This document shows positions 8,698-18,454 of a stretch of 64,000 bases of DNA, piece after piece (the stretch's first letter is position 1; each line of letters begins with the position of its first letter). The DNA comes from Candidatus Poriferihabitaceae bacterium (GTDB taxonomy: Bacteria > Pseudomonadota > Gammaproteobacteria > Arenicellales > Poriferihabitantaceae): positions 266,547-330,546 of the forward strand of contig OZ253546.1 of NCBI GenBank assembly GCA_965262585.1. The letters are read 5' to 3'. The notes beneath the pieces are model-generated. The model saw only the letters and a program-made list of their open reading frames with translations. It made no database searches and was not told the origin of the DNA. The position numbers were made by a program, and so were the translations under genes.

Positions 8698-11127
8698 ATG
8701 CAAAAAGCACGTATTATCGTCATTGGCGGCGGCATTATCGGCTGCTCCACTTTGTATCATCTGGCCCGAGCGGGATGCACAGACGTCATACTCATTGAAC
8801 GGGGCGAACTAACCTCCGGTGCGACCTGGCATGCCGCCGGCAATGTGCACAACCAAAATCCCATCCCCAACCTATCGGCCTTGCAAGCCTATTCCATGAA
8901 GCTTTATGACGGCTTATCAGCGGAAGTCGGGCAAGAAGTCGGCAGTCATATCGTGGGCGGGTTCTTTTTGGCACAAAGCCGTGCGCGCATGGATGAATTC
9001 AAGTTTCTGGCTGGCAAGTTCAAGGCGCTGGGGCTACCGTATGAACTGGCCTCTCCCGCGGACATTAAAGCTAAATTTCCACTGATTAACACCGATGGCA
9101 TTGTCGGCGGTGCCTGGGACCCGGACGAAGGTTACGTTGATCCTTATTCCGTCACTATGGGGTTGGCGGCCGCCGCACGGCAAAAGGGGGCAAAAATTGT
9201 CCGCAACACTCGCGTAACCGCAATTCGCCGACTACCCTCCGGATATTGGCAACTGAGCAGCGATCAGGACACTGAGTATGAATGCGAAATTGTGGTCAAC
9301 GCCGCCGGCTATTGGGGCAACGAAGTGGCGGGGATGGTCGGTGCCAAATTACCAATTATCAACATGGAACATCACTATCTGGTGACCGACGTCATACCCG
9401 AAATCGCCGCGTATGAGAGCGAACTGCCGCTCATCCGCGACGTGGATGCGCAGTGGTATCTGCGACAGGAGGGCAATGGGTTGCTGCTCGGAGCGTGGGA
9501 GAAAGACTGCCGCACCGCATGGGACGGCAAACCCGCGCCCTGGGATTTTGCCCAGGAATTGTTCCAGCCAGACCTGGAGCGGATGGAAGAACGGCTGACG
9601 GCAATTTATCACCGAGTACCGGCACTCAATACGGCGGGAATTAAACGCATTATCAATGGAGCGATCTCCTTTACTCCGGACGGACGCGGGCTTATCGGTC
9701 CCATGCCCGGGGTTCCCAATTTTTTTGTCGCCTGCGGTTTTTTGAGCGGCATCGCACAGGGTGGCGGCGTGGGGCTTGCCTTGTCGGAATGGATTCTGGA
9801 AGGCGAGACAGAAATGGACCTGTCGTTCATGGATGTGGCACGCTTTGGCGGCTGGAGCAATCGTGACTTTGCCGATGCGCGGGTACGGGACATATTCCCG
9901 CGGCGCTATGAGATTTTATATCCGCAGCTGGAACGCGATAGCGGGCGCTCGGTGCAAACCACACCAATATACGACCGCCTGCTGGAGAGCGGCGCCGTAA
10001 TGGGACAAGTGCATGGCTGGGAACGTCCACTGTGGTTTGCTCCCGGAGGCGTTGCCGCCCGGGATGTACCCTCTTTTTCGAAACCCAACTGGTGGGAGCA
10101 TGTCGGCCACGAAGCGCGTGCGGCACACACGACGACGGCGTTGTTCGAGATGTCTTCCTATTCCAAGTGGCGCGTTGAAGGGCCTGATGCGACGGCCTTT
10201 CTGAATCGTATTAACATCAGCCGCCTGCCACCGGTGGGCAGGATGGCGCTGGGATTGATGCTCAACAAACGCGGCGGTATTGTGGGCGATCTCATTGTCG
10301 CCTGCTTGGATGACAATGTCTTTTATCTTGTCGGTGCGACCTTGGCTGAAGATATTTACCAACGCTGGATGGAGCAACACAAAGGTAGGTTGAACGTGTC
10401 CATTCGCACAGTGACAGCAGACACCGCCGCGTTGGGGCTGGTCGGCCCGTCCTCACGCCGTCTGCTCTCCGATATCAGCGATGCGGATTGTTCCAATGAT
10501 GCCTTCCCGTTTATGAATTGGCGTAACATTGAAGTTGGGGGTGTGCGCTGTATGGCGATGCGCTTGTCGTACGCTGGTGAATTAGGCTGGGAATTACACT
10601 GTCCAATGCCCTCCCAGCCGGATTTATTTGCGGCACTGATGGCCGCAGGCGAACGCCATGGCTTGCGACTGGCGGGCAGCCGGGCACTGTCGCACTTGCG
10701 CCTGGAAAAAGGCTATCGCAGTTGGGGAGCCGATATTAATGTCGAAATCACTCCCATGGCGGCCGGGCTTGAGCGTTTTTGCCACCCCGAACTCCCCGAA
10801 AAGGCGCATACGCTCGGCCGCGAAATAGTGTTGCAGGAGCGCCAAACACCACCCAAAAAGTCACTGGCCACTTTGCTTTTTGAATCCCCCAACACCGCTG
10901 GCTGCTGGGGTTCGGAGCCGGTCTTGCACGGCGACACTTGCGTCGGCTATGTTACTTCCGGCGGCTATGGCTGGCGCACGAACACCCACATCGCCGTTGG
11001 CTGGCTACCCACCGACTTGTGTGTGGTGGGAACCGAATTGAATCTGGAAATTTTGGGCAATCGCTGCCGGGCTACGGTAGCATCCGACCCGGTCTACGAC
11101 CCGGAAAACACCGCCTTGCGGTCCTGA
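8698..11127 (+). CDS. Dimethylglycine/sarcosine dehydrogenase-like FAD oxidoreductase fused to a GcvT-type folate-binding domain
   Basis: Start at MQKARIIVIGGGIIGCS (dinucleotide fold). Covalent-flavin-type motif TSGATWHAAG. C-terminal aminomethyltransferase-like region (LSYAGELGWELHCP, LRLEKGYRSWG). ~809 aa, which is the family length. Confidence 0.8.
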   Translation: MQKARIIVIGGGIIGCSTLYHLARAGCTDVILIERGELTSGATWHAAGNVHNQNPIPNLSALQAYSMKLYDGLSAEVGQEVGSHIVGGFFLAQSRARMDEFKFLAGKFKALGLPYELASPADIKAKFPLINTDGIVGGAWDPDEGYVDPYSVTMGLAAAARQKGAKIVRNTRVTAIRRLPSGYWQLSSDQDTEYECEIVVNAAGYWGNEVAGMVGAKLPIINMEHHYLVTDVIPEIAAYESELPLIRDVDAQWYLRQEGNGLLLGAWEKDCRTAWDGKPAPWDFAQELFQPDLERMEERLTAIYHRVPALNTAGIKRIINGAISFTPDGRGLIGPMPGVPNFFVACGFLSGIAQGGGVGLALSEWILEGETEMDLSFMDVARFGGWSNRDFADARVRDIFPRRYEILYPQLERDSGRSVQTTPIYDRLLESGAVMGQVHGWERPLWFAPGGVAARDVPSFSKPNWWEHVGHEARAAHTTTALFEMSSYSKWRVEGPDATAFLNRINISRLPPVGRMALGLMLNKRGGIVGDLIVACLDDNVFYLVGATLAEDIYQRWMEQHKGRLNVSIRTVTADTAALGLVGPSSRRLLSDISDADCSNDAFPFMNWRNIEVGGVRCMAMRLSYAGELGWELHCPMPSQPDLFAALMAAGERHGLRLAGSRALSHLRLEKGYRSWGADINVEITPMAAGLERFCHPELPEKAHTLGREIVLQERQTPPKKSLATLLFESPNTAGCWGSEPVLHGDTCVGYVTSGGYGWRTNTHIAVGWLPTDLCVVGTELNLEILGNRCRATVASDPVYDPENTALRS

Positions 11128-11495
11128 ATCAGCGCGCTTGTAAAACTAATTTCAATCCAACCGCAAGCAACACCCACCCTCAAAAACAGCACCGCACCGG
11201 GCTGCTCCGATGATGTTTTCCGCAATTTCCCCGCCCGGCCGATGCGGTGCGGTGCGTTCCGCAGCCCGGGCGAGGCGCAATTCTTGCTATAATCGGCGGA
11301 TTATCCGCGATAATCCATTGACACGACCGGGTCGTGCAATCACAATACCGCGACTTTGCAACATCTTGTGTAGAAGCCGTTTTGAAACCAATCCGAATTA
11401 GCCGAGGGCGACTTGTGGAGCCTTTGGAAATTCTGTGAGTAGGATAAAGCGGTGCAACAAATTTCTGATATAATCTATTGATATTTATACGGTTT

Positions 11496-11572
11496 TGGGG
11501 TGTAGCCAAGTGGCCTAAGGCACCGGATTTTGATTCCGGCACTCGGAGGTTCGAATCCTCCCACCCCAGCCA
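11496..11572 (+). tRNA. tRNA-Gln (anticodon UUG)
   Basis: Manual cloverleaf: acceptor TGGGGTG/CACCCCA, anticodon stem CCGGA/TCCGG with loop TTTTGAT, T-arm GGAGG-TTCGAAT-CCTCC, encoded GCCA 3' end. Close to the E. coli tRNA-Gln pattern. Confidence 0.9.
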
Positions 11573-11615
11573 TTGCCCTGACCATTGCCCTGACCATTGC
11601 CATGAATTGCCATGA
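11570..11615 (+). repeat. 12-nt tandem repeat (ccattgccctga x2, ccattgccatga, attgccatga)
   Basis: Direct reading. The array starts inside the tRNA CCA end and finishes at the first ATG of the prs ORF. Confidence 0.85.
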
Positions 11616-12577
11616 GGAGAAGCGGCGTGTCCCCGGATAATTTGACGGTTTTTAGCGGTAATGCCAACCCGGAGTTGGCGAATGAGGTTGTGCAGTGCCT
11701 CGGTATCCCCCTGGGACGGGCACTGGTGGGCAGGTTTAGCGATGGCGAGGTCAACGTCGAAGTGATGGAAAATGTGCGCGGGCAGGATGTCTTCGTGATT
11801 CAGCCCACCTGCGCGCCGAGCAACGACAACCTTATGGAACTGCTGGTGATGCTGGATGCCATCAAGCGGTCGTCGGCGGGCCGCATCACCGCGGTGGTGC
11901 CGTATTTCGGCTACGCCCGGCAGGATCGCCGTCCGCGCACCGCACGGGTGGCGATTTCGGCGAAACTGGTGGCTTCCATGATTAGCATCGCCGGTGCCGA
12001 CCGGGTGTTGACCATCGACCTGCATGCCGACCAGATTCAGGGGTTTTTTGACATCCCTACTGACAATATCTACGCCTCGCCGGTGCTGATGAGTGAATTG
12101 TGGCGAAAACAGTTGCCCAACCCCCTCATCGTCTCTCCCGATGTAGGCGGCGTGGTGCGCGCCCGCGCCATGGCCAAGCAACTGGAAACCGAACTTGCTA
12201 TCATCGACAAACGCCGCCCGCGCACCAACGAAACCAAAGTGATGCACATCATCGGCGAGGTCGAGGGACGCTCGTGCATCCTGATTGACGATATGGTGGA
12301 CACCGCCAACACGCTGTGCGAAGCCGCCGCTGCATTAAAAAAGCAGGGGGCTGTCAAAGTGCTTGCCTGCTGTACTCACCCGGTGCTGTCCGGCGAGGCG
12401 GTCAAACGAATCACCGCATCAGAACTCGACGAGTTGCTGGTCACCAATTCCATTCCATTGAGCCCGGCGGCGCGCAAATGCGCGATGATCAAGCAGTCGA
12501 GCGTGGCTGAATTGCTTGCCGAATCCATGCGCCGCATCACCACCGGAGATTCCGTCAGCAGCCTTTTTGTTGATTAA
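11612..12577 (+). CDS. prs: Ribose-phosphate pyrophosphokinase
   Basis: Contains [41 protein letters not shown] and the PRPP loop [12 protein letters not shown]. The true start may be GTG 11627, which has an AGGAGA Shine-Dalgarno 6 nt upstream. Confidence 0.95.
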   Translation: MRRSGVSPDNLTVFSGNANPELANEVVQCLGIPLGRALVGRFSDGEVNVEVMENVRGQDVFVIQPTCAPSNDNLMELLVMLDAIKRSSAGRITAVVPYFGYARQDRRPRTARVAISAKLVASMISIAGADRVLTIDLHADQIQGFFDIPTDNIYASPVLMSELWRKQLPNPLIVSPDVGGVVRARAMAKQLETELAIIDKRRPRTNETKVMHIIGEVEGRSCILIDDMVDTANTLCEAAAALKKQGAVKVLACCTHPVLSGEAVKRITASELDELLVTNSIPLSPAARKCAMIKQSSVAELLAESMRRITTGDSVSSLFVD

Positions 12578-12602
12578 AGTAAAAAACCATGAGGACCGAA
12601 AA

Positions 12603-13301
12603 ATGAACGAACAATTCGAATTGATTGCCCGAACCCGCGCCCGCTCCGGCACTTCGCTGGTGCGCAAGTTGCGCCGCGAAGGCGATGTGCCTGCGGTACT
12701 GTATGGCGGCGGCAAGGAAAATATCAGCATCGCCATCAATCACGATGTGCTGTTTCACAGCCTCGAGAAAGAGGAATTCCATTCCGCCATCATCGTCATC
12801 AACACCGACGGCAACAAGGAACAGGCGATCCTGCGCGATGTTGTGCGCCATCCCTACAAGATCTCCATCCTGCACGCGGATTTCCAGCGCATTGACGACA
12901 CGAAGGTGCTGACCATGTCTCTGCCCATTCACTTCATCGGCGAAGAACTATGCCCCGGCGTGCGAAACTCCGGCGGCATCATCTCCCACATGATGACCGA
13001 GGTGGAGATTTCCTGCTTACCCAAAGACCTGCCGGAGTCGCTGGAACTCGATGTATCGACCCTCGACCTCAATGAATCGCTGCACCTTTCCGACATTAAA
13101 CTGCCCGAAGGCGTCAACATCACCACCCTGATGCACGACACAAACAACGAGCACGACCACGCCGCAGTCGCGGTGTTGCCGCCCAAGGTGGTCGCCAGCG
13201 AAGAAGAGGAAGCGGAAGACGCCGCAGCCGAGGCCGGCGAAGCGGAGGCGGAAGACACCGCCGAGGATGCGGACGGCGGTGCATCCGCCAAGAGCGACTG
13301 A
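12603..13301 (+). CDS. rplY: 50S ribosomal protein L25 / general stress protein Ctc
   Basis: N-terminus MNEQFELIARTRARSGTSLVRKLRREGDVPAVLYGG and a long acidic C-terminal tail. Conserved position between prs and pth. Confidence 0.9.
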   Translation: MNEQFELIARTRARSGTSLVRKLRREGDVPAVLYGGGKENISIAINHDVLFHSLEKEEFHSAIIVINTDGNKEQAILRDVVRHPYKISILHADFQRIDDTKVLTMSLPIHFIGEELCPGVRNSGGIISHMMTEVEISCLPKDLPESLELDVSTLDLNESLHLSDIKLPEGVNITTLMHDTNNEHDHAAVAVLPPKVVASEEEEAEDAAAEAGEAEAEDTAEDADGGASAKSD

Positions 13302-13325
13302 ACCGGCTGCGGTTTGTAAGGAACG

Positions 13326-13946
13326 ATGGCGGAATCGGGCATTGCCCTGATTGTCGGGCTTGGCAACCCCGGCAACCGCTACGCCGCCAACCGGCATAAC
13401 GCTGGCTTCCACTTCTTGGAACGCCTGCAGTTTTTGCGCGGCTTCCAACTCGCCAACGAAAAACGCTTCAAGGCCGAGGTCGGTGGAGTCGTCATAAACA
13501 GCAGCACGGTGCGCGTCATGGCTCCCGATACCCTGATGAATCTGAGCGGTCGGGCGGTGGCGCCTATGGCGGCCTTTTATCGCATCGCCCCGGAGCAGAT
13601 TCTGGTGGTTCACGATGAACTCGATCTTGCGCCGGGTTGCGCGCGCCTCAAGATGTCCGGCGGGCACGGTGGCCACAACGGCCTGCGCGACATTATCGCC
13701 GCTCTCGGCAGCCGGGATTTCCTGCGCTTGCGCATCGGCATCGGCCACCCCGGCCCGAACCGGGATGTCTCCGCTTATGTACTCAGCCGCCCCAACACCC
13801 ACGATAAAATGCTAATTGAACAAGCGATAGAACGCGCCCTCGAAGTCCTCGACGAGGTAGTCGCCGGAAACATCGACGCCGCCATGTCCAGATTGCACGG
13901 CAAATCACCCGATGATGCGCATCCCGGTGGTAACCGTGGGCTTTAA
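13326..13946 (+). CDS. pth: Peptidyl-tRNA hydrolase
   Basis: LIVGLGNPGNRYAANRHNAGF and HDELDL, with a conserved GGHNGLRDI segment. Confidence 0.95.
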   Translation: MAESGIALIVGLGNPGNRYAANRHNAGFHFLERLQFLRGFQLANEKRFKAEVGGVVINSSTVRVMAPDTLMNLSGRAVAPMAAFYRIAPEQILVVHDELDLAPGCARLKMSGGHGGHNGLRDIIAALGSRDFLRLRIGIGHPGPNRDVSAYVLSRPNTHDKMLIEQAIERALEVLDEVVAGNIDAAMSRLHGKSPDDAHPGGNRGL

Positions 13947-15066
13947 GTGCGGCATCGTCGGCTTGCCTAACGTCGGTAAATCGACGCTATTCAACGCGCT
14001 CACCCGCTCCCGGACCGCTGAGGCCGCCAACTACGCTTTTTGCACCATCGACCCCAACGTCGGCATGGTGGAAGTGCCGGACCCGCGACTCGCGCAACTG
14101 GCGGCGTTGGTCAAACCGCGCAAAGTCATCCCCGCCGCCATCGAGTTCGTTGACATCGCCGGGCTGGTGGCCGGAGCATCCAAAGGCGAAGGCTTGGGCA
14201 ACCGCTTCCTAGCCCACATCCGCGAAGTGGACGCCATCGTCCATGTGGTGCGCGCCTTTGAAGATAGCGCCGTCACCCATGTTCCCGGTGCCATCGACCC
14301 CGCCGCCGACATTGAAACCATCCATACCGAATTGCTGCTGGCGGATATGGAGACCGCGGAAAAAGCGGTGTTGCGCATGACCGGCCAATGCAAGGCCGGC
14401 GACAAGCAAGCCCGCTTGTTGCGGGATTTATTCACCGCCGTAAAAGCGCACCTAGACGGCGGCGAACCAGTGCGCACCATGACGCTGGACGAAAACCAGC
14501 AACTACACTTAAAGCCGCTCTGTTTCCTCACCGCCAAGCCGGTGGTGTACATCGCCAACGTCAACGAACAGGGCAACGAGAAGGTCGATGAACAAGTCGA
14601 CAAAAAAAATCGGCAAGGCAATCCCCGCTTGGCCGCCGTCGAAAAAATCGCCGCCGGGGAAAACGCTCCAGTGGTTGCCATCTGCGCCGCCATCGAACAG
14701 GAATTATCGGAACTCAGCGCGCACGAAGGGCTGCTGTTTCTCGAGGACATGGGATGGCGGGAAGCGGGACTCGACCGCCTAATCCGTGCCGGTTATTCGC
14801 TGCTCGGACTGCACACTTATTTCACCGCCGGTGTCACTGAAGTACGCGCCTGGACGGTGCCGATCGGCACTCGCGCCCCGGCCGCCGCCGGGGTTATTCA
14901 CAGCGACTTCGAAAAAGGATTTATCCGCGCCGAAACCATCGCTTTTGAGGACTACATTCACGGCAATGGCGAACAAGGTGCGAAGGAAGCGGGACGCCTG
15001 CGACTCGAGGGCAAGGACTATGTCGTCAGCGATGGAGACGTTATGCACTTTCGTTTTAATTTATAG
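13936..15066 (+). CDS. ychF: Redox-regulated ATPase YchF
   Basis: GFKCGIVGLPNVGKSTLFNAL P-loop and C-terminal DGDVMHFRFN. Start assumed at GTG 13936; the ORF track gives 13912. Confidence 0.9.
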   Translation: MGFKCGIVGLPNVGKSTLFNALTRSRTAEAANYAFCTIDPNVGMVEVPDPRLAQLAALVKPRKVIPAAIEFVDIAGLVAGASKGEGLGNRFLAHIREVDAIVHVVRAFEDSAVTHVPGAIDPAADIETIHTELLLADMETAEKAVLRMTGQCKAGDKQARLLRDLFTAVKAHLDGGEPVRTMTLDENQQLHLKPLCFLTAKPVVYIANVNEQGNEKVDEQVDKKNRQGNPRLAAVEKIAAGENAPVVAICAAIEQELSELSAHEGLLFLEDMGWREAGLDRLIRAGYSLLGLHTYFTAGVTEVRAWTVPIGTRAPAAAGVIHSDFEKGFIRAETIAFEDYIHGNGEQGAKEAGRLRLEGKDYVVSDGDVMHFRFNL

Positions 15067-15086
15067 GTTGCAACGGAAAGTTTGCC

Positions 15087-17237
15087 ATGCCGGATCGCCC
15101 TCAAGTCGCCGCCGCCATCCCGCTGACTTGCCAACAAATCGAACAGACGCTGGAAGAATGCCTCGACCCGGTACTGTCGAGCCGCCGCACCGCCGAGGAA
15201 CCGGCCCGTGGGCTTACCCCCCTGCCCCGCCAGCAACAAGAGTTTGTGCTGCACTGGACTGAAATCATCCAAAAGTCCAACTCGGAAATGGCCTATCAAT
15301 TCGCCAGCCATGCGCCGCGCGCGCTGGCGTTGATGGATATCGAAGGCGCGCGCTTGTGGTTGCTGCGGGCTATGGATATTTACGACCAGAAAGGACTGTA
15401 TCCCGGCAGTGCCGCGTTCGAAGGCATCGAAGAATTCGCACGGGAATACCGAATCAGTCATCGGTCGGTATCCATCGACGAAGTGCGCCCGGTGTTGGAG
15501 CGGTTCATCCGTGGGCTATCAGGCAGAGACCTCAAACTCGAAGTCGGCGAGCGCAGTTATACCGACACCCAAATCTTGTACTTGCCGGCGCGCATCAACC
15601 GCTTCGATGCGCGCGAAAAAAACTATCAACTGTATAAAGCCACCGCGGTTTATCTGTGGGCGCAATCGTGGTTCGGTACTTTCCGCCGCCCAACCCCCGA
15701 CTCGCCGCACCTCGTTCAACAAATTGCCGCTATAGCAAAACAACACGCCGACCAACACGGGCGCGCGCTTAAACTATTTAACCTACTCGAAACCGTGCGA
15801 CTGAGTGCCTGCATCCAGCGGGAATTTCCCGGCTTGTCCCGGGAAATGCTGGCACTTGATGCGACCCCGCCGATACACGATGCCACCTGGAAAAATTTCA
15901 CCGACCGATTGGAAACTCCCGATGCCACGGTGGCGGACACGCTGGAGGCCACCGCCACCCTGTATCCGTTGCAAATGCCGTGGCCGGATGCGTTGCTGTA
16001 TCAGGGCGATCTGGATCTTGAAGCCGCCCGGCTAACCGCCGATGCGCGTATCGAAACGGAGAAATCCAAATTACAACAAGCCCTCAGTGAATTGCTCGCC
16101 GCCAATGGCGAACAGGAACCCGGCGACAGTTCTTTTGAGATTGCTGAAAATGACGGCGAAACCGGTCCCGGCCGGGAAATTAAACTGGATGGCGAAGCAC
16201 TGACGATGCCGCCGGAAATTGCCGGAGCATTGGCTTCGTTGGCGCAAGATTTGGGGCAACTGCCGGAAGAATGGCTGACACCGGCCGGGGATGGCGCTTA
16301 TGACCCCACGGGCGAGGCACCCGGACAAACCGCCGAGGATGCAAGGAAAGGCGACGCTCAACAAGAAGGCACTTTCCTTTATGACGAATGGGATTTTCGC
16401 CGGCAAAATTATCGCAAGAACTGGTGCGTGTTGCGGGAACTGGCGGCGCATCCGGTATACGATGATTTCATCGAACAGACGCTGGCGAAGTACCTGCATC
16501 TGATTGCGGAAATCCGGCGGCACTTTGAAGCCTTGCGGGATGAAGACAAACTGCTCAAAGCGCAAAGCGGCGGCGATGACATCGATCTCGATGCGTTGGT
16601 GACCGCCTGCGCCGACGCCCGCACCGGGGTCGAGATGAGCGAACGACTTTTCACCCGCAAGAACAAGGTCGAACGCGACCTGGCGGTGATTTTCATGGTC
16701 GATGTCAGCGGCTCCACCAAAGGCTGGATCAACGATGCCGAACGGGAAAGCCTGGTGTTGTTGTGCGAAGCCCTCGAAGCGCTCGGCGATCAATACGCCA
16801 TCTACGGATTTTCCGGCATGACCCGCAACCGTTGCGAAATCTACCGAATAAAAACCTTCGACCAGCCCTATGACCGCGAAGTGCGCGCGCGCATCAGCGG
16901 GCTGCGCCCCCGAGACTATACGCGCATGGGCGTAACCATTCGCCACTTGAGTAAAATCCTCAATCAGGTTGAATCTCGCACGCGGATTCTGATTACGCTG
17001 TCAGACGGCAAGCCCGATGACTACGACGGCTACCGTGGTGAATACGGCATCGAAGACACCCGCCGCGCACTACTCGAAGCCCGCCACACCGGCATCCACC
17101 CGTTCTGCATAACCATCGACACCGAAGCATGCGACTACCTCCCGCATCTATACGGACACGCCAGTTATGTAGTCGTCGACGAAGTGCGCAAACTACCCCT
17201 CAAAGTCGCCGACATCTACCGCAAACTAACCACCTGA
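15087..17237 (+). CDS. CbbO/NorD-like protein with C-terminal von Willebrand A domain
   Basis: 716 aa. C-terminal VWA with MIDAS-type VIFMVDVSGSTKGW and ILITLSDGKPDD. The long helical N-terminal region resembles CbbO/NorD activase adaptors. No AAA+ partner lies in the window. Confidence 0.7.
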   Translation: MPDRPQVAAAIPLTCQQIEQTLEECLDPVLSSRRTAEEPARGLTPLPRQQQEFVLHWTEIIQKSNSEMAYQFASHAPRALALMDIEGARLWLLRAMDIYDQKGLYPGSAAFEGIEEFAREYRISHRSVSIDEVRPVLERFIRGLSGRDLKLEVGERSYTDTQILYLPARINRFDAREKNYQLYKATAVYLWAQSWFGTFRRPTPDSPHLVQQIAAIAKQHADQHGRALKLFNLLETVRLSACIQREFPGLSREMLALDATPPIHDATWKNFTDRLETPDATVADTLEATATLYPLQMPWPDALLYQGDLDLEAARLTADARIETEKSKLQQALSELLAANGEQEPGDSSFEIAENDGETGPGREIKLDGEALTMPPEIAGALASLAQDLGQLPEEWLTPAGDGAYDPTGEAPGQTAEDARKGDAQQEGTFLYDEWDFRRQNYRKNWCVLRELAAHPVYDDFIEQTLAKYLHLIAEIRRHFEALRDEDKLLKAQSGGDDIDLDALVTACADARTGVEMSERLFTRKNKVERDLAVIFMVDVSGSTKGWINDAERESLVLLCEALEALGDQYAIYGFSGMTRNRCEIYRIKTFDQPYDREVRARISGLRPRDYTRMGVTIRHLSKILNQVESRTRILITLSDGKPDDYDGYRGEYGIEDTRRALLEARHTGIHPFCITIDTEACDYLPHLYGHASYVVVDEVRKLPLKVADIYRKLTT

Positions 17238-17246
17238 AGCGCAGCC

Positions 17247-18443
17247 ATGGCCACCCCCCGCAAACTCGCGTTGACCGCCGCTGAATTGGTGCGCCTCAGG
17301 GGATACCGCCTGGGCCGGTTGCGGGAACAGATGAAAGCGGCGCAAGTGGCGTTGTGTGTAATCAACAATCCGGTAAACCTTCGCTACGCCGCAGACTTCC
17401 GCTGCTACCAGTTATTTCAGGCACACATACCCACCTCTTATTTGTTTGTTCCGGTGGAGGGGGCGTTGCTCATGCACGGCGCCGCCCATCACAACTTGCC
17501 GACCACCGTCGAGCACCGACCGGCCGACTTTGTGACCACCTTCGACGGCGGACCCGACCTCGCCGACAACAGCCGACTCCTGGCCGCCGGGGTCATAGAC
17601 TGCCTCAAGGAAAATCATCTCCACGAGCCCAACCCGCGAATCGCCGTGGAGCGTTTTCCGCCGCCGGTGCTGCAAGCGATTTCGCAAACCGGGGCGCGGG
17701 TGAGCGATGCGGAGAGTTTGCTGGAACAAGCGCGCGCGGTTAAATCATCTTTGGAAATAAAGTGCATGCGCCACGCCATCGCCGTGGCCGAACTCGCCAT
17801 CGCGCAAATGCTGGAGCACCTCGAAACGGGCGTCACCGAAAACCAATTATGGGCGGTGCTGCATCAAGTCAACATCGCCCACGGCGGCGACTGGATAGAC
17901 GGGCGCATGCTGTGCTCCGGTCGGCGTACCAATCCCTGGCTGCAAGAGGCCACGGATAAAGTCATCGAAGCCGGCGAACTGGTGGGGTTCGACACCGACT
18001 TGATCGGACCCGGGGGTTATTGCGCGGATATTTCCCGCACCGTACTATGCCGCCCCGCAACCGCCACCGACCGACAAAAATATGCATTCCGACACGCCTT
18101 CGACGAGGTGCATCACAATCTCGAACTACTCCGCCCAGGCATCACCTTCGCGGAACTCAGCGCGCGAGCGTTTTCGCGCAAACCAGAATTTATCGCGCAC
18201 CGCTACCCGTGCGTCATGCACGGAGTCGGAATGTGCGATGAATACCCAAAAATCTACTACCAAGAAGACTGGCCACGCCACGGCTACGACGGCGTTATCC
18301 GAGAAAACATGGTGCTATGCGTGGAAAGTTTCAGCGGCTCAGACCACGGCGGCGAAGGCGTAAAACTGGAACAAGTAGCGCGCATCACCGAAAACGGATA
18401 TGAACTGCTATCGCACTACCCGTTTGATGAATGCCTGCTGTAA
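17247..18443 (+). CDS. M24-family metallopeptidase-fold enzyme (Xaa-Pro peptidase/creatinase/ectoine-hydrolase-like)
   Basis: Pita-bread pattern FDTDLIGPGGYCADISRT, HGVGMCDEYP, VLCVESF and GVKLEQV, so the putative metal ligands are all present. A creatinase-type N-terminal domain is implied by the length (398 aa). Confidence 0.7.
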   Translation: MATPRKLALTAAELVRLRGYRLGRLREQMKAAQVALCVINNPVNLRYAADFRCYQLFQAHIPTSYLFVPVEGALLMHGAAHHNLPTTVEHRPADFVTTFDGGPDLADNSRLLAAGVIDCLKENHLHEPNPRIAVERFPPPVLQAISQTGARVSDAESLLEQARAVKSSLEIKCMRHAIAVAELAIAQMLEHLETGVTENQLWAVLHQVNIAHGGDWIDGRMLCSGRRTNPWLQEATDKVIEAGELVGFDTDLIGPGGYCADISRTVLCRPATATDRQKYAFRHAFDEVHHNLELLRPGITFAELSARAFSRKPEFIAHRYPCVMHGVGMCDEYPKIYYQEDWPRHGYDGVIRENMVLCVESFSGSDHGGEGVKLEQVARITENGYELLSHYPFDECLL

Positions 18444-18454
18444 TCGGCTCGCTT

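Noticed and set aside
11496-11572. tRNA-Gln as a genomic-island attachment site
   Set aside because: There is no integrase and no direct repeat of the tRNA 3' end, and the downstream genes are the conserved prs-rplY-pth-ychF core block.
11180-12247. 355-aa ORF on the minus strand
   Set aside because: It runs antisense through prs and across the tRNA-Gln gene and has no motifs. This is a typical high-GC shadow ORF.
13017-16946. Long antisense ORFs 13017-13802(-), 14031-14750(-) and 16071-16946(-)
   Set aside because: They lie opposite well-supported pth, ychF and VWA genes. Their Arg/Ala/Gly-rich, low-complexity translations are shadow ORFs of GC-rich coding DNA.
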